In this document: piece by piece, positions 8,797 through 18,403 of the stretch
Position numbering within the stretch: position 1 is the first letter of the stretch
Layout: the number at the start of each line of letters is the position of its first letter
DNA from: an uncultured Desulfobacteraceae bacterium
GTDB taxonomy: Bacteria; Desulfobacterota; Desulfobacteria; Desulfobacterales; UBA2174
Reading direction: 5' to 3'
Assembly: GCA_937982505.1 (NCBI GenBank)
Contig: CALJLV010000065.1
Coordinates: 75-64,074 of the forward strand
DNA: 64,000 nt
The notes under the pieces: model-generated
Told to the model about the DNA's origin: nothing
What the model saw: the letters and a program-made list of their open reading frames with translations, nothing else
Database searches by the model: none
Made by a program: the position numbers and the translations under genes

Positions 8797-11310
8797 TCAC
8801 GACGCCGGCGCCTCGCCGGAGCCCGTGTCGCCGGCAGTGTCGCCGGCATCCATCGAAGCCTCGTCCACTTCGCTGGCCCCGTTTTCCTCGCGTTCCACCA
8901 GGCGCGCGGCCCCCGCGACCCGTTCGCCGGTTCCCAGGTCCATCAGCTTGACTCCCTGGGTGTTGCGGCTGATGAGGCTGACCCCTTCGATAGGAATCCG
9001 GATCAGCATTCCGGTATTGGTCATGAGCATCATGTCATCCTGGTCTTCCACCAGTACGATGGCCACCACCTGCCCGTTGCGGGCACTGGTCTTGATGGTG
9101 ATCACGCCCTTGCCGCCGCGACCCTGAACCGGGTATTCGTCGATTGCGGTGCGCTTGCCGTATCCGTTCTCGGTGACCACGAAAAGGGTCTGACCATGGG
9201 TCAGGACCTCCATGCCCACGATGCGATCCCCGGCTTCCAGGCGCAGGCCCCGCACGCCGCGCGAGACGCGTCCCGCCGCACGCACATCGGCTTCGTGAAA
9301 GCGGATCGACTTGCCGTTGGCCGAGCCCAGAAAGACGTTGCAGGTCCCATCGGTGATGCGCGCGGCGATCAACTCGTCGCCCGGCACCAGGTCCAGGGCG
9401 ATGATCCCGCCGGCGCGCGGCCGGCTGTAGGCCAGGATGTCGGTCTTTTTGACCAGCCCGTTGCGGGTGGCCATGATGATCTGCTTGCCCGGTTCGAAGG
9501 CGGCCACCGCCAGGACGGTGGCCAGCTTTTCACCCTCTCCCAGTTCGAGCAGGTTGACGATGTTCTTGCCCACACTGGTGCGCCCGGCCTGGGGGATCTC
9601 GTAGACCTTGCGCCAGTAGACCTTGCCCAGGTTGGTGAAAAAAAGGAAGGTGTGGTGGGTCGAGGCCACGAAGAGCAGGCGCACGAAGTCCTCTTCCTTG
9701 GTGGCCATCCCGGTCTTGCCTTTGCCGCCGCGACGCTGGCTTTGATAGAGGCTCAACGGGGTGCGCTTGATGTAGCCCGCCCTGGTGACCGTCACCACCA
9801 TATCCTCTTCGGCGATCATGTCCTCGAGGGTGATCTCTTCGGCCGACGGTACGATCTGGGTGCGGCGCCGGTCGCCGAACTCGGCCTGCAGCTCGTCCAG
9901 CTCGGCCTTGATGATCTCCAGCACAAGCCGTTCGCTGGCCAGAATCGCCTTGAAGCGCTCGATATCCTTGAGCACGCTCTGGTATTCCTCGATGATCTTG
10001 TCCCGCTCCAGGCCGGTGAGCCGCTGCAGGCGCATTTCCAGAATGGCCTGGGCCTGGATGGCCGACAGCGTGAAGGCGGCCATCAGGCCATTCTTGGCCT
10101 CGGCCGGAGAGGCCGACCGGCGAATCAGGGCCACCACGGCGTCCAGGTTGTCCAGGGCGATCTTGAGTCCTTCCAGAACATGGGCGCGCTCCTCGGCTTT
10201 TTTCAGATCGAAGCGGGTGCGGCGCACGATCATCGTCTTGCGGTGGCGCACGAAGTGTTCCAGGATCTGCTTGAGATTCAACACTTCGGGGCGCCCGTCC
10301 ACCACCGCCAGAAAGATGATCCCGAAGCTGCTTTCCAGGCGGGTGTGCTTGAAGAGCTGGTTGATGACCACCTGGGCGATCTGCTCGCGTTTGAGGGCGA
10401 CGGCAATGCGCATCCCGTCGCGGTCCGACTCGTCGCGCACGTAGGCGATGCCCTCGATCTGCTTGTGCTTGACCAGCTCGGCGATCTTCTCGATGAGCTT
10501 GGCCTTGTTGACCTGGTAGGGGATCTCGGTGACCACGAGGGTTTCGCGGCCGGTCTTGGGGTCCTCCTCGACCTCGATGCGCGCTCGCTGGCGCAACACG
10601 CCGCGGCCGGTGCGGTAGGCTTCCAGGATCCCGTCGGTGCCGTAGATCAGCGCCGCGGTGGGAAAATCCGGCCCCGGAATATGGGTCATGAGCGCTTCGA
10701 GACCGATGTCCGGATCGTCGATGAGGGCCTTGAGCCCGGCAATGACCTCGGTGAGGTTGTGGGGCGGGATGTTGGTGGCCATGCCCACCGCGATTCCCGA
10801 AGAGCCGTTGACCAGCAGGGCCGGAAACTTGGCCGGCAAAACGGACGGCTCGGTGAGCGAGTCATCGTAGTTGGGGGTCCAGTCCACCGTGTCCTTTTCC
10901 AGGTCGGCCAGCATCTGATGCGCCAGTTTCTGCATGCGCACCTCGGTGTAGCGCATGGCCGCCGGGGGATCGCCATCGATGGAACCGAAGTTGCCCTGGC
11001 CGTCCACCAGCGGGTAGCGCATGGAAAAATCCTGGGCCATGCGTACGATGGTGTCGTAGACGGCGCTGTCGCCGTGGGGGTGGTACTTGCCGATCACATC
11101 GCCCACGATGCGCGCCGACTTCTTGTAGGGCTTGTTCCAGTCGTTCTTGAGTTCCTGCATGGCATAAAGCACCCGCCGGTGGACGGGCTTGAGCCCGTCG
11201 CGCACATCCGGCAGGGCGCGGCCGATGATCACGCTCATGGCGTAGTCCAGATAGGACTTGCGCATCTCGCGTTCGATGCTGATTTCGGGGATGGATTGCA
11301 CTTCGGTCAT
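8797..11310 (-). CDS. gyrA: DNA gyrase subunit A
   Basis: 837 aa. [21 protein letters not shown], the AAMRYTE active-site Tyr region, C-terminal beta-pinwheel repeats and an acidic tail. Confidence 0.97.
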   Translation of the reverse strand: MTEVQSIPEISIEREMRKSYLDYAMSVIIGRALPDVRDGLKPVHRRVLYAMQELKNDWNKPYKKSARIVGDVIGKYHPHGDSAVYDTIVRMAQDFSMRYPLVDGQGNFGSIDGDPPAAMRYTEVRMQKLAHQMLADLEKDTVDWTPNYDDSLTEPSVLPAKFPALLVNGSSGIAVGMATNIPPHNLTEVIAGLKALIDDPDIGLEALMTHIPGPDFPTAALIYGTDGILEAYRTGRGVLRQRARIEVEEDPKTGRETLVVTEIPYQVNKAKLIEKIAELVKHKQIEGIAYVRDESDRDGMRIAVALKREQIAQVVINQLFKHTRLESSFGIIFLAVVDGRPEVLNLKQILEHFVRHRKTMIVRRTRFDLKKAEERAHVLEGLKIALDNLDAVVALIRRSASPAEAKNGLMAAFTLSAIQAQAILEMRLQRLTGLERDKIIEEYQSVLKDIERFKAILASERLVLEIIKAELDELQAEFGDRRRTQIVPSAEEITLEDMIAEEDMVVTVTRAGYIKRTPLSLYQSQRRGGKGKTGMATKEEDFVRLLFVASTHHTFLFFTNLGKVYWRKVYEIPQAGRTSVGKNIVNLLELGEGEKLATVLAVAAFEPGKQIIMATRNGLVKKTDILAYSRPRAGGIIALDLVPGDELIAARITDGTCNVFLGSANGKSIRFHEADVRAAGRVSRGVRGLRLEAGDRIVGMEVLTHGQTLFVVTENGYGKRTAIDEYPVQGRGGKGVITIKTSARNGQVVAIVLVEDQDDMMLMTNTGMLIRIPIEGVSLISRNTQGVKLMDLGTGERVAGAARLVEREENGASEVDEASMDAGDTAGDTGSGEAPAS

Positions 11311-11366
11311 CTTGTCACCTGAAGATCGGGGTCAGGGGCGAACCACGGCCGGTCCGGCGCCGGCGG

Positions 11367-11413
11367 AAAAAACGGCGGCACCGCCTTTTCCCGCCGGGGA
11401 AAGAGGGTGCCGC
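11367..11413 (-). terminator. Intrinsic terminator between the small ORF and gyrA
   Basis: Minus strand: outer stem GCGGCACC/GGTGCCGC (8 bp), an inner TTTCCC/GGGAAA-type stem, then CG and TTTTTT (plus-strand A6 at 11367-11372). Lies 56 nt upstream of the gyrA ATG. Confidence 0.65.
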
Positions 11414-11457
11414 GGTGCAGGTGCGTCCAAAAACGGCAAGGCGTCGAAATGGATGGA

Positions 11458-11616
11458 TCAGCGGCTGATCCAGGCGCCGGCCAGCAGCAGGAGCAGCACT
11501 TCGTAAATGAAGACCGCCGTGTAATCGGCGCCGGCCAGGGCGTAAACGATCCCGCCGCCGATGATCGCCGGCACACCGCAAAAGACGAGGATTCCCAATT
11601 TTCTGCTGATGCTCAT
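11458..11616 (-). CDS. Candidate 52-aa hydrophobic micro-protein / leader ORF upstream of gyrA
   Basis: Below the ORF-track size cut-off; found by hand. GAGGAG-N8-ATG(11616). Translation MSISRKLGILVFCGVPAIIGGGIVYALAGADYTAVFIYEVLLLLLAGAWISR*. Third codon positions are overwhelmingly G/C, like the real genes here. Confidence 0.5.
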   Translation of the reverse strand: MSISRKLGILVFCGVPAIIGGGIVYALAGADYTAVFIYEVLLLLLAGAWISR

Positions 11617-11718
11617 CGACGTGGCTCCTCACACGAAGGCGGATCGACCCCGGACCGGGGGCCCCGCCGCGGTTGCAATTGGGGGGACATTAGCAATAAC
11701 TATCTTGAAAGTAAAGAC

Positions 11719-11742
11719 AAAAATTGTGCGGCACCCCGCCGC
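11719..11742 (-). terminator. Weak intrinsic terminator after the thiolase gene
   Basis: Minus strand: GCGGC-ggggt-GCCGC followed by acaaTTTTT. Only a 5-bp stem. Confidence 0.35.
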
Positions 11743-11760
11743 CGGCGGCCGATACCCCGT

Positions 11761-13050
<1,290 letters not shown>

Positions 13051-13238
13051 GGTCCTGCTCCTCCTGGTCTGGGGTTGATGCCGATGGGGGATTGCCGGGG
13101 ATCGAGGGGCCACCCGGCAGCCGCCCCATGAAGGGCGGCCATGAATTCAAATCGAGTATTCCTACCACGGGCCGGGGCCAGGGTCAACGTGGCGCGGCGC
13201 CATTCGGCGGGCGCCCGCGACATCGGCAGCGCCGGCCT

Positions 13239-13661
13239 TCACGGCTCGCCGGATACGGCGCCGCGCTGGGCCTTGAGACGGCTGCGGCGCTTCTTGGCGG
13301 CCAGGCGCCTTTCGCGGGCCGCGGCGCCGGGAAGGGTCTTGCGGCGCGGCCGGGGAGGTGCGGCGGCGCGGCGGATCAGGGCCGCCAGCCGCTCCAGGGC
13401 GTCCTGGCGGTTTTGCTCCTGGGTGCGAAAGCGCCGCGCGTCGATGACGATCTCCCCATCGGTCGTCATTCGCCGTCCGGCCAGATGCCGCAGACGGCGG
13501 CGCACCTCTTCGGAAAGCGAAGCGCATCGGGCCGCATCGAAGCGCAACTGGACCGCCGTGGCCACCTTGTTGACATTCTGCCCCCCCGGACCGGAGGCGC
13601 GCACGAAGGAAAACCGCAACTCATGATCGGCCAGAACGATGGTGTCCGTAATGGAAAGCAT
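13239..13661 (-). CDS. arfB: Alternative ribosome-rescue factor ArfB (class I RF-like peptidyl-tRNA hydrolase)
   Basis: 140 aa from ATG 13661. GGQ motif (ASGPGGQNVNKV) and a basic C-terminal tail (AAKKRRSRLKAQR). Confidence 0.8.
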   Translation of the reverse strand: MLSITDTIVLADHELRFSFVRASGPGGQNVNKVATAVQLRFDAARCASLSEEVRRRLRHLAGRRMTTDGEIVIDARRFRTQEQNRQDALERLAALIRRAAAPPRPRRKTLPGAAARERRLAAKKRRSRLKAQRGAVSGEP

Positions 13662-13811
13662 CCGATTCCACTTCTGTCTCCCATGAGACACGCGGCATGG
13701 CCCCTCGGGGCCGCGGCCGCCCTGTGAACCTCGCCCCATGGTTTGACTTTGGCCTGTCTTTCGGATAGGAAGGCCGCTTTTGTTCGAGTGCGAGCAGCGC
13801 CGTCAAAGACT

Positions 13812-13827
13812 TGGCACCAATATTGCT
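13812..13827 (+). promoter_or_regulatory. Sigma-54 (RpoN) promoter, consensus-perfect -24/-12 elements
   Basis: TGGCAC(13812-13817)-caata-TTGCT(13823-13827) matches TGGCAC-N5-TTGCW exactly. Lies 58 nt upstream of ATG 13885. The 5' UTR contains hairpin GGCTGC-acttcc-GCAGCC. Confidence 0.7.
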
Positions 13828-13884
13828 TTATATTCTGGGCGGCTGCACTTCCGCAGCCGGCTTCGAAAATGGAAAGGCGACCCG

Positions 13885-14319
13885 ATGGATAGCCTGCGTT
13901 CACGCCGCCTGGCCGGCGTTTTCTTTTTCGCCAGCGCCATGATCTTCGGACTTTTCATGTACCAGATCGTGCGCCATGACCCCACGGTCCAGGCGGCCCC
14001 GGTCACCGGCGCGGCGGCATCCGGTTCCGAACCGACCCTGGCCGCCAAGCCCCCCGGAGAGCGCATGGCCATGCAGGTGGGCCAGGCCGTGGTCATCGGC
14101 CGTTCCAGGATCGTCTTTCGCGGCTTGACCGCAGGCCGGGTCCATTTCGACCACTATCTGCTGGATGACAATCCCCACTACGCATTTGCCTACGCCGTGC
14201 CCGAGGATGAGGCGCGCGGTGGCTTCAGGATCGGGGTCCACGCCTTGAAAGTCACCCATGTCGGGCGCACCTGGGTGCACTTCAAACGCCTGGAAAGCCG
14301 GTCCGGCGGCGCCGGCTGA
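13885..14319 (+). CDS. Hypothetical N-terminally membrane-anchored protein (144 aa)
   Basis: Within ORF 13780..14319. ATG 13885 lies downstream of the sigma-54 promoter and is preceded by GGAAAGG. N-terminal TM LAGVFFFASAMIFGLFMY, then a soluble domain with no motif I recognise. Confidence 0.6.
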   Translation: MDSLRSRRLAGVFFFASAMIFGLFMYQIVRHDPTVQAAPVTGAAASGSEPTLAAKPPGERMAMQVGQAVVIGRSRIVFRGLTAGRVHFDHYLLDDNPHYAFAYAVPEDEARGGFRIGVHALKVTHVGRTWVHFKRLESRSGGAG

Positions 14320-14391
14320 CCCCCTGCCGCGGATCACGGGGATTGGACCGGCGCCGGACGCTCCCCGGGCGCAGCGCGAAAGCCCGGTACG

Positions 14392-14691
14392 TCAGCGGCC
14401 CCGCCCCGCCCGGTCGCCCAGCACCAGTTGCTTGAGCTTTCTGCAGAGCCAGCGCGCCGGCACCCCGCTGGCGGCCCAGCCGATGGCGGTGAGCATGATG
14501 TACAGCATGCCGCGCACCACGGCCGACATCTCCGGCTGGAAGATCCGCGGGGCGACCCAGGCGGCGGCCCCCACACCGATCAGCAGACGCCAAAAGTCCG
14601 GCGAAAACAGCAGATAGAAGACGATGTAACCCAGAGAGCCCCCGGCGCGGGGGGATGGCGCCGGGTCATGGGTTCTGCGCTTCTTGGTCAT
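14392..14691 (-). CDS. Small membrane protein (99 aa), unknown function
   Basis: Within ORF 14392..14817. ATG 14691 is preceded by GGAGGAGG. Hydrophobic helices (LGYIVFYLLF..., LLIGVGAAAWV, MLYIMLTAIGWAASGV). GC-rich third positions. Overlaps the 3' end of the methyltransferase gene by 26 nt. Confidence 0.55.
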   Translation of the reverse strand: MTKKRRTHDPAPSPRAGGSLGYIVFYLLFSPDFWRLLIGVGAAAWVAPRIFQPEMSAVVRGMLYIMLTAIGWAASGVPARWLCRKLKQLVLGDRAGRGR

Positions 14692-15307
14692 CGACCTCCT
14701 CCATTCGGGGCCAGACCCCCGTGGCGGGACGCAGCACATAGCCCAGCCACGTCTCGCCGGTGCCCAGGACCGAGGGGGACGCCTCGCCGCAGCAGATCCC
14801 CAGCCCCAGGGCGTCAAAAATTCCGCGCAGGTCCCGATCCTGCCACAGGTAAAAGCGGCGGCCGTGCCGGTCCCGGCCGACGCCGCGCCCCTGTTTGAAC
14901 GACAGGTAGGCCAGCCCCCCGTCCAGGGACCAGGGGCCCAGGGCCCTCAAGATTCGCGGGAGCACGTCCGCGAGCCGCCGGGGGGGCAGATGGACCAGGC
15001 CCCCCACCAGGATCACGGCATCCGCGGGCAGGGCCCTGAAATCGAAGGCCTCGAAATCGCCTTCCACCACTTCGCAGCCGGCCTTGCGGCGGGCCAGGGC
15101 CGCCAGGGCGGGGGCGCGTTCAAAGCCGGTGACGGCAAATCCCCTGCGTTTGAGCCAGGCCAGGTCCCGGCCGCCGCCGCAGCCCACGTCCAGGATCCGG
15201 GCGCCGGCCGGGAGCCTGCGGATCAGAGGGGCGAGAAAACCGGCGGGATCGACTCCGCCGGTACGCGCGGCGTAGGCCGCGGCCTGCCGCTGATAGAAAT
15301 CACCCAC
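14666..15307 (-). CDS. Class I SAM-dependent methyltransferase
   Basis: Motif I ILDVGCGGGRD and a post-I acidic residue (GFE). I chose GTG 15307, which overlaps the stop of the upstream Lon-like gene (GTGGGTGA). The ORF-track N-terminal extension to 15469 lies inside that gene. Confidence 0.7.
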   Translation of the reverse strand: MGDFYQRQAAAYAARTGGVDPAGFLAPLIRRLPAGARILDVGCGGGRDLAWLKRRGFAVTGFERAPALAALARRKAGCEVVEGDFEAFDFRALPADAVILVGGLVHLPPRRLADVLPRILRALGPWSLDGGLAYLSFKQGRGVGRDRHGRRFYLWQDRDLRGIFDALGLGICCGEASPSVLGTGETWLGYVLRPATGVWPRMEEVDDQEAQNP

Positions 15308-17684
15308 GTCCGCCGGCCTCCCCGGCGTTCTCGGCGAAGGCCGCCAGGTTCTGCTGCACCCGCTGATAGAGGGTTCCCGGTGGATAGCGGCCCTGGGCAT
15401 CGGGGCGGCCGGCCGGCATCCCGGTGAGAAGCGCGATGCCTTCATCCACCGTTTCCACCGCCCAAACATGAAATCGCTTTTCCGCCACGGCGGCCACCAC
15501 CTCGGCGTTGAGCATCAGGTTGGCCAGGTTGGCCCGGGGGATGATCACCCCCTGGGAGCCGCTCAACCCCCGGGAACGGCAGACCTCGAAATAGCCCTCG
15601 ATCTTTTCGTTGACGCCGCCGATGGCCTGGATCTGCCCCTTCTGGTTGACGGACCCGGTGGCGGCGATGCCCTGGCGGATGGGGATCTCGGCCAGGCTCG
15701 AGAGGACGGCGTATAATTCGCTGGAAGAAGCGCTGTCCCCGTCCACCCCGGCGTAGTTCTGCTCGAAGGTGATGCTGATGGACAGGTTCAGCGGCCGCCG
15801 GCGGGCGAAGGTCCGTCCGAGCCAGCCGGCGATGATCAGCACCCCCTTGTCGTGGCTGCTGCCGGAAAGATTGGCCTCGCGCTCCACGTTGAGGACCCCG
15901 GCCTCCCCGGCATAAACCTCGGCGGTGATGCGAGTGGGCCGGCCAAAGGAGAGTTCGCCGAGCTGGTAGACCGCCAGGGCGTTGACCTGGCCCACCACGG
16001 CCCCGTCCACGTCGATGAGGATGGTCCCGTCCAGGTAGGATTCGTGGATCTTCTCCTCGCTCAGGTTGTGGCGGAAACGCTGCTTGGCGATGGCCTGACC
16101 CACGTGGCCGGCGTCTACGGTCCTGGCCCGCGCCTGGCGGGCCCAGTAGTCGGCCTCCTTGAGCAGCCCCACGATGGGGCCGAAGCGCAGCGACAGTTTG
16201 CGCTGGTCGGCGGTGAGCACCTGGCCGTACTCCACCACGGCCGCCACGGCGGCGGCGGTAAAGGGCCGCAGATCGGACTCCTGGCAGACCCGGGCCACGA
16301 ACCCCGCGTACTGGCGCACCCGGGCCGCGCTGCGGGCCACCTCGTAGTCAAAGTCGGCCCGCACCCGGAACAGCTTGTTGAACCGCGCATCGTAGTTCTG
16401 CAGCAGCGTGAAGGGCTCCCAGCCGCCCAGAAGGATCACCTTGACATCCAGGTCGATGGGTCCCGGCCGCAGGGCCGACGGGCCGCCGCCGGCCGCCCCG
16501 ACATCCTCGATGACCAGGGTGCGGTTGGCCAGGGCCCGCTTCAGGGCCTCCCAGACCAGATCGGCCGTCAGCACCGATTCGACCTCCAGGATCAGATAGC
16601 CCCCGTTGGCCTGGAGCAGGGCCCCTCCCTGGACCAGGGTATGGTCGGTGGAGACGGTCCCCTCGGCCGTACGCCGCTCGATCCGCCCGAAGATGTTGGG
16701 ATAGGTGGGATTCGGTTCGAAGACCACCGGCGCGCCCTCCGCGTGGCGCCGGTCCGCCAGCACGTTGACCCGGTAGCGCCGCAGGAGATCCTCGTCCTCG
16801 ATCTCGCCCGCCGAGGCCTCCTGGGCGTCGACCTCCTCCAGAAACGCCTCCAGGTGATGGCCGATGTCGGCGGCCACCTCGTCCAGAAAAGCGCCCACGG
16901 CCGGAGTTTTGCCATGGGCCTGGCGCAGGGGGGACAGGGCCTCCTGGACCAGCTGGGCGATTGTGCCGCGGCGCATCTGCTCCAGAGCCCTGGCCATTTC
17001 AAGGCCGGCACGGCCGGCGCGCTGGTCCGCCTGGGCGATGGCCTTGCGGATCTGCTGCAGATGGCGTTGAATGCGCGTCCTTTCGGTCCGGGGCAGGGCC
17101 TGAAAACGGGAGCGGTCGATGGGCTGGCCGTCCACCAGGACGATGGGCATCAGGCCCTCGGCGGTACGGTTGATTCCCAGGCCCAGCGCGGCCGCCTTCT
17201 GCTCGATGGCCTCCATCAGCCGCTCGGTCCTTTCATGGAACTGCTTTTCGATGGCGGCCCGGCGCTGCCGGTAGCCTTTGCCCTCCAGAACGCGGGGCAG
17301 CCCCTGGCGAAGGTCTCCGATGAAGCGTTCCATGGCCTCGGCCAGGGCCGTCCCGCGCCCGGCCTCCAGCCGCAGCACCCGCGGACGGAAAGGATCGGCG
17401 AAGTTGTGCACCAGGCACCAGTCGCTGCCTCCGGGCCGCCGGCGGGCATGCCGCGCCACCAGCTCGCGCACGATGGTGGTCTTGCCGGTGCCCTCCAGGC
17501 CGGTGACGAAGATGTGATACCCCGGTCCGGCCACGTTGAGTCCGAAGCTGATGGCTTCCACGGCCCGCTGCTGGCCGATGACCGCCTCCAGCGGGGCAAT
17601 TTCGGCGGTGGTGGCGAACTTGAAGGTCCGGGGATCGCAGGTCCGGCGCAGTTGCTCGGGTCTGAGGGGTTGAATGGGCCTCAT
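15300..17684 (-). CDS. Lon-like ATP-dependent protease (AAA+ module plus S16 Lon C-terminal protease domain; COG1067-type)
   Basis: 794 aa from ATG 17684, preceded by GGAGGAGG. Walker A GLEGTGKTT. A long helical insert. The C-terminal protease domain has Ser (DGDSASSSE) and Lys (IGGVNEKIEG) in the positions of the Lon dyad. Confidence 0.8.
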   Translation of the reverse strand: MRPIQPLRPEQLRRTCDPRTFKFATTAEIAPLEAVIGQQRAVEAISFGLNVAGPGYHIFVTGLEGTGKTTIVRELVARHARRRPGGSDWCLVHNFADPFRPRVLRLEAGRGTALAEAMERFIGDLRQGLPRVLEGKGYRQRRAAIEKQFHERTERLMEAIEQKAAALGLGINRTAEGLMPIVLVDGQPIDRSRFQALPRTERTRIQRHLQQIRKAIAQADQRAGRAGLEMARALEQMRRGTIAQLVQEALSPLRQAHGKTPAVGAFLDEVAADIGHHLEAFLEEVDAQEASAGEIEDEDLLRRYRVNVLADRRHAEGAPVVFEPNPTYPNIFGRIERRTAEGTVSTDHTLVQGGALLQANGGYLILEVESVLTADLVWEALKRALANRTLVIEDVGAAGGGPSALRPGPIDLDVKVILLGGWEPFTLLQNYDARFNKLFRVRADFDYEVARSAARVRQYAGFVARVCQESDLRPFTAAAVAAVVEYGQVLTADQRKLSLRFGPIVGLLKEADYWARQARARTVDAGHVGQAIAKQRFRHNLSEEKIHESYLDGTILIDVDGAVVGQVNALAVYQLGELSFGRPTRITAEVYAGEAGVLNVEREANLSGSSHDKGVLIIAGWLGRTFARRRPLNLSISITFEQNYAGVDGDSASSSELYAVLSSLAEIPIRQGIAATGSVNQKGQIQAIGGVNEKIEGYFEVCRSRGLSGSQGVIIPRANLANLMLNAEVVAAVAEKRFHVWAVETVDEGIALLTGMPAGRPDAQGRYPPGTLYQRVQQNLAAFAENAGEAGGRG

Positions 17685-17760
17685 GGGACCTCCTCCGGGC
17701 GGCAGGGCAGGGACGCGGGCCGGCCGGGCGCTTTCCGTCCCGCCCGGTCCGGCGCCTTGT

Positions 17761-18093
17761 TCAGGCCTCGGACGCCGTCTGCCCGGTTTCCGCCGCGACC
17801 CAGTCGAGAAAGGGCGGATGACCGCCCGTCGCCGGCCATGCGACGATGCACGGCACCTCATAGCGGTGCATGCGGCGCACCGCTTCGATGAGTTCGGCAA
17901 GACGGTGGCCGGCGGTCTTGGCGATCACCACCACTTCCCGCTCGTCCTGGAGCCGGCCTTCCCACAGGTAGACGGCGTTGACGTTTTCGAAAATGTTGGC
18001 GCAGGCCGCCAGGTGCGCTTGCACCAGGTGTCGGGCCGTGCTGCGGGCCTCTTCCAGGCTGCCGAAGGTCATGTACACGATCTGGATGTTCAT
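17761..18093 (-). CDS. cutA: Divalent-cation tolerance protein CutA
   Basis: 110 aa from ATG 18093. ...AACANIFENVNAVYLWEGRLQDEREVVVIAKT... is typical CutA1. Confidence 0.85.
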   Translation of the reverse strand: MNIQIVYMTFGSLEEARSTARHLVQAHLAACANIFENVNAVYLWEGRLQDEREVVVIAKTAGHRLAELIEAVRRMHRYEVPCIVAWPATGGHPPFLDWVAAETGQTASEA

Positions 18094-18304
18094 GGCGCCC
18101 CCCTTCCAAGGATCCTCGCGGTGATTACAGCCGGATAGCGGCTTTCGCCAAAGCCCCGTCTCCCCGATCCGGCAGATGCCCCTCTGTGCGCCATGGGTTG
18201 CCGAATCGGTGGGGATAGCTTTTAGGACCGCTTCTAACAGCTTGATGCCGGCTTGTCCACCGGGGCGGCGGCCGGTCCATGCTCCTGTCAGGACGGGAAA
18301 GCGA

Positions 18305-18332
18305 TTGCATTCGATCGCCCAGAGACTATACT
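18305..18332 (+). promoter_or_regulatory. Candidate sigma-70 promoter for the large DUF748-like gene (TTGCAT-16-TATACT)
   Basis: TTGCAT 18305-18310, 16-nt spacer, TATACT 18327-18332, 72 nt upstream of ATG 18404. Confidence 0.45.
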
Positions 18333-18403
18333 GAAACGCAGCGCCCGATGGTCCTGTACCCGCCGACCGGAGGTTCAACCCCGCTAGCGCAAGGAGCCTG
18401 GCC

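Noticed and set aside
7049-11322. 692-aa (7049..9127) and 708-aa (9196..11322) plus-strand ORFs
   Set aside because: They are antisense to radC, gpsA and gyrA. They show the same low-complexity G/R/P/A/H/D composition. gyrA and gpsA are unambiguous, so these are frame artefacts.
15300-17684. Lon-like protease as BREX BrxL or another defence-associated Lon
   Set aside because: No PglX/PglZ/BrxA-C-type genes, methylase-helicase sets or other defence neighbours are present. The flanking genes are cutA, a small methyltransferase and a tiny membrane protein.
18285-18308. ctgtcaggacgggaaagcgattgc looked a little like the SRP (4.5S) RNA domain IV motif GUCAGGUCCGGAAGGAAGCAGC
   Set aside because: The GGAA tetraloop closing pair and the symmetric-loop AGCA/GGAA pattern are not reproduced. 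The segment also overlaps a good TTGCAT-16-TATACT promoter. There is not enough support for an ncRNA call.
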